Assembly (NCBI GenBank): GCA_964534375.1
Contig: CAZHPN010000154.1
Span: forward strand, 1-14,911
DNA from: an uncultured bacterium
Lineage (GTDB): Bacteria; Lernaellota; Lernaellaia; Lernaellales; Lernaellaceae
Direction of reading: 5' to 3'
DNA: 14,911 bases
The position numbers and the translations under genes are program-made. The first letter of the stretch is position 1, and every line of letters begins with the position of its first letter. The notes beneath the pieces are model-generated. The model saw only the letters and a program-made list of their open reading frames with translations. It was not told the origin of the DNA and made no database searches. Positions 14,911-14,911 of the stretch are shown piece after piece.

Positions 14911-14911
14911 A

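Overview
This is a high-GC bacterial window holding an almost entirely + strand dcw (division/cell wall) operon. The order is 5'-truncated ftsI (PBP3 with a C-terminal PASTA domain), murE, murF, murD, ftsW, murC, murB, ddl, ftsQ, ftsA, ftsZ. A strong hairpin follows, then a 3'-truncated gene missed by the ORF track, with a GYF_2-like N-terminus, a Pro/Ala-rich linker and one TM helix. The ftsI PASTA domain and the GYF-type protein suggest a deltaproteobacterial/Myxococcota-like organism (inference). Five departures from the textbook cluster stand out: (1) mraY and murG, the two lipid I/lipid II synthesis genes, are both cleanly absent and their neighbours overlap directly; (2) FtsI has an internal duplication with a 78-aa period in its non-catalytic head region; (3) MurD has non-canonical motifs partly reminiscent of L-Glu-ligating MurD2; (4) FtsZ has small indels and a repetitive Asn/Pro linker; (5) the last gene has a dnaX-like A_AAA_AAG site with a -1 frame stop just before its TM helix. 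No mobile elements, CRISPR arrays or structural RNA genes were seen.
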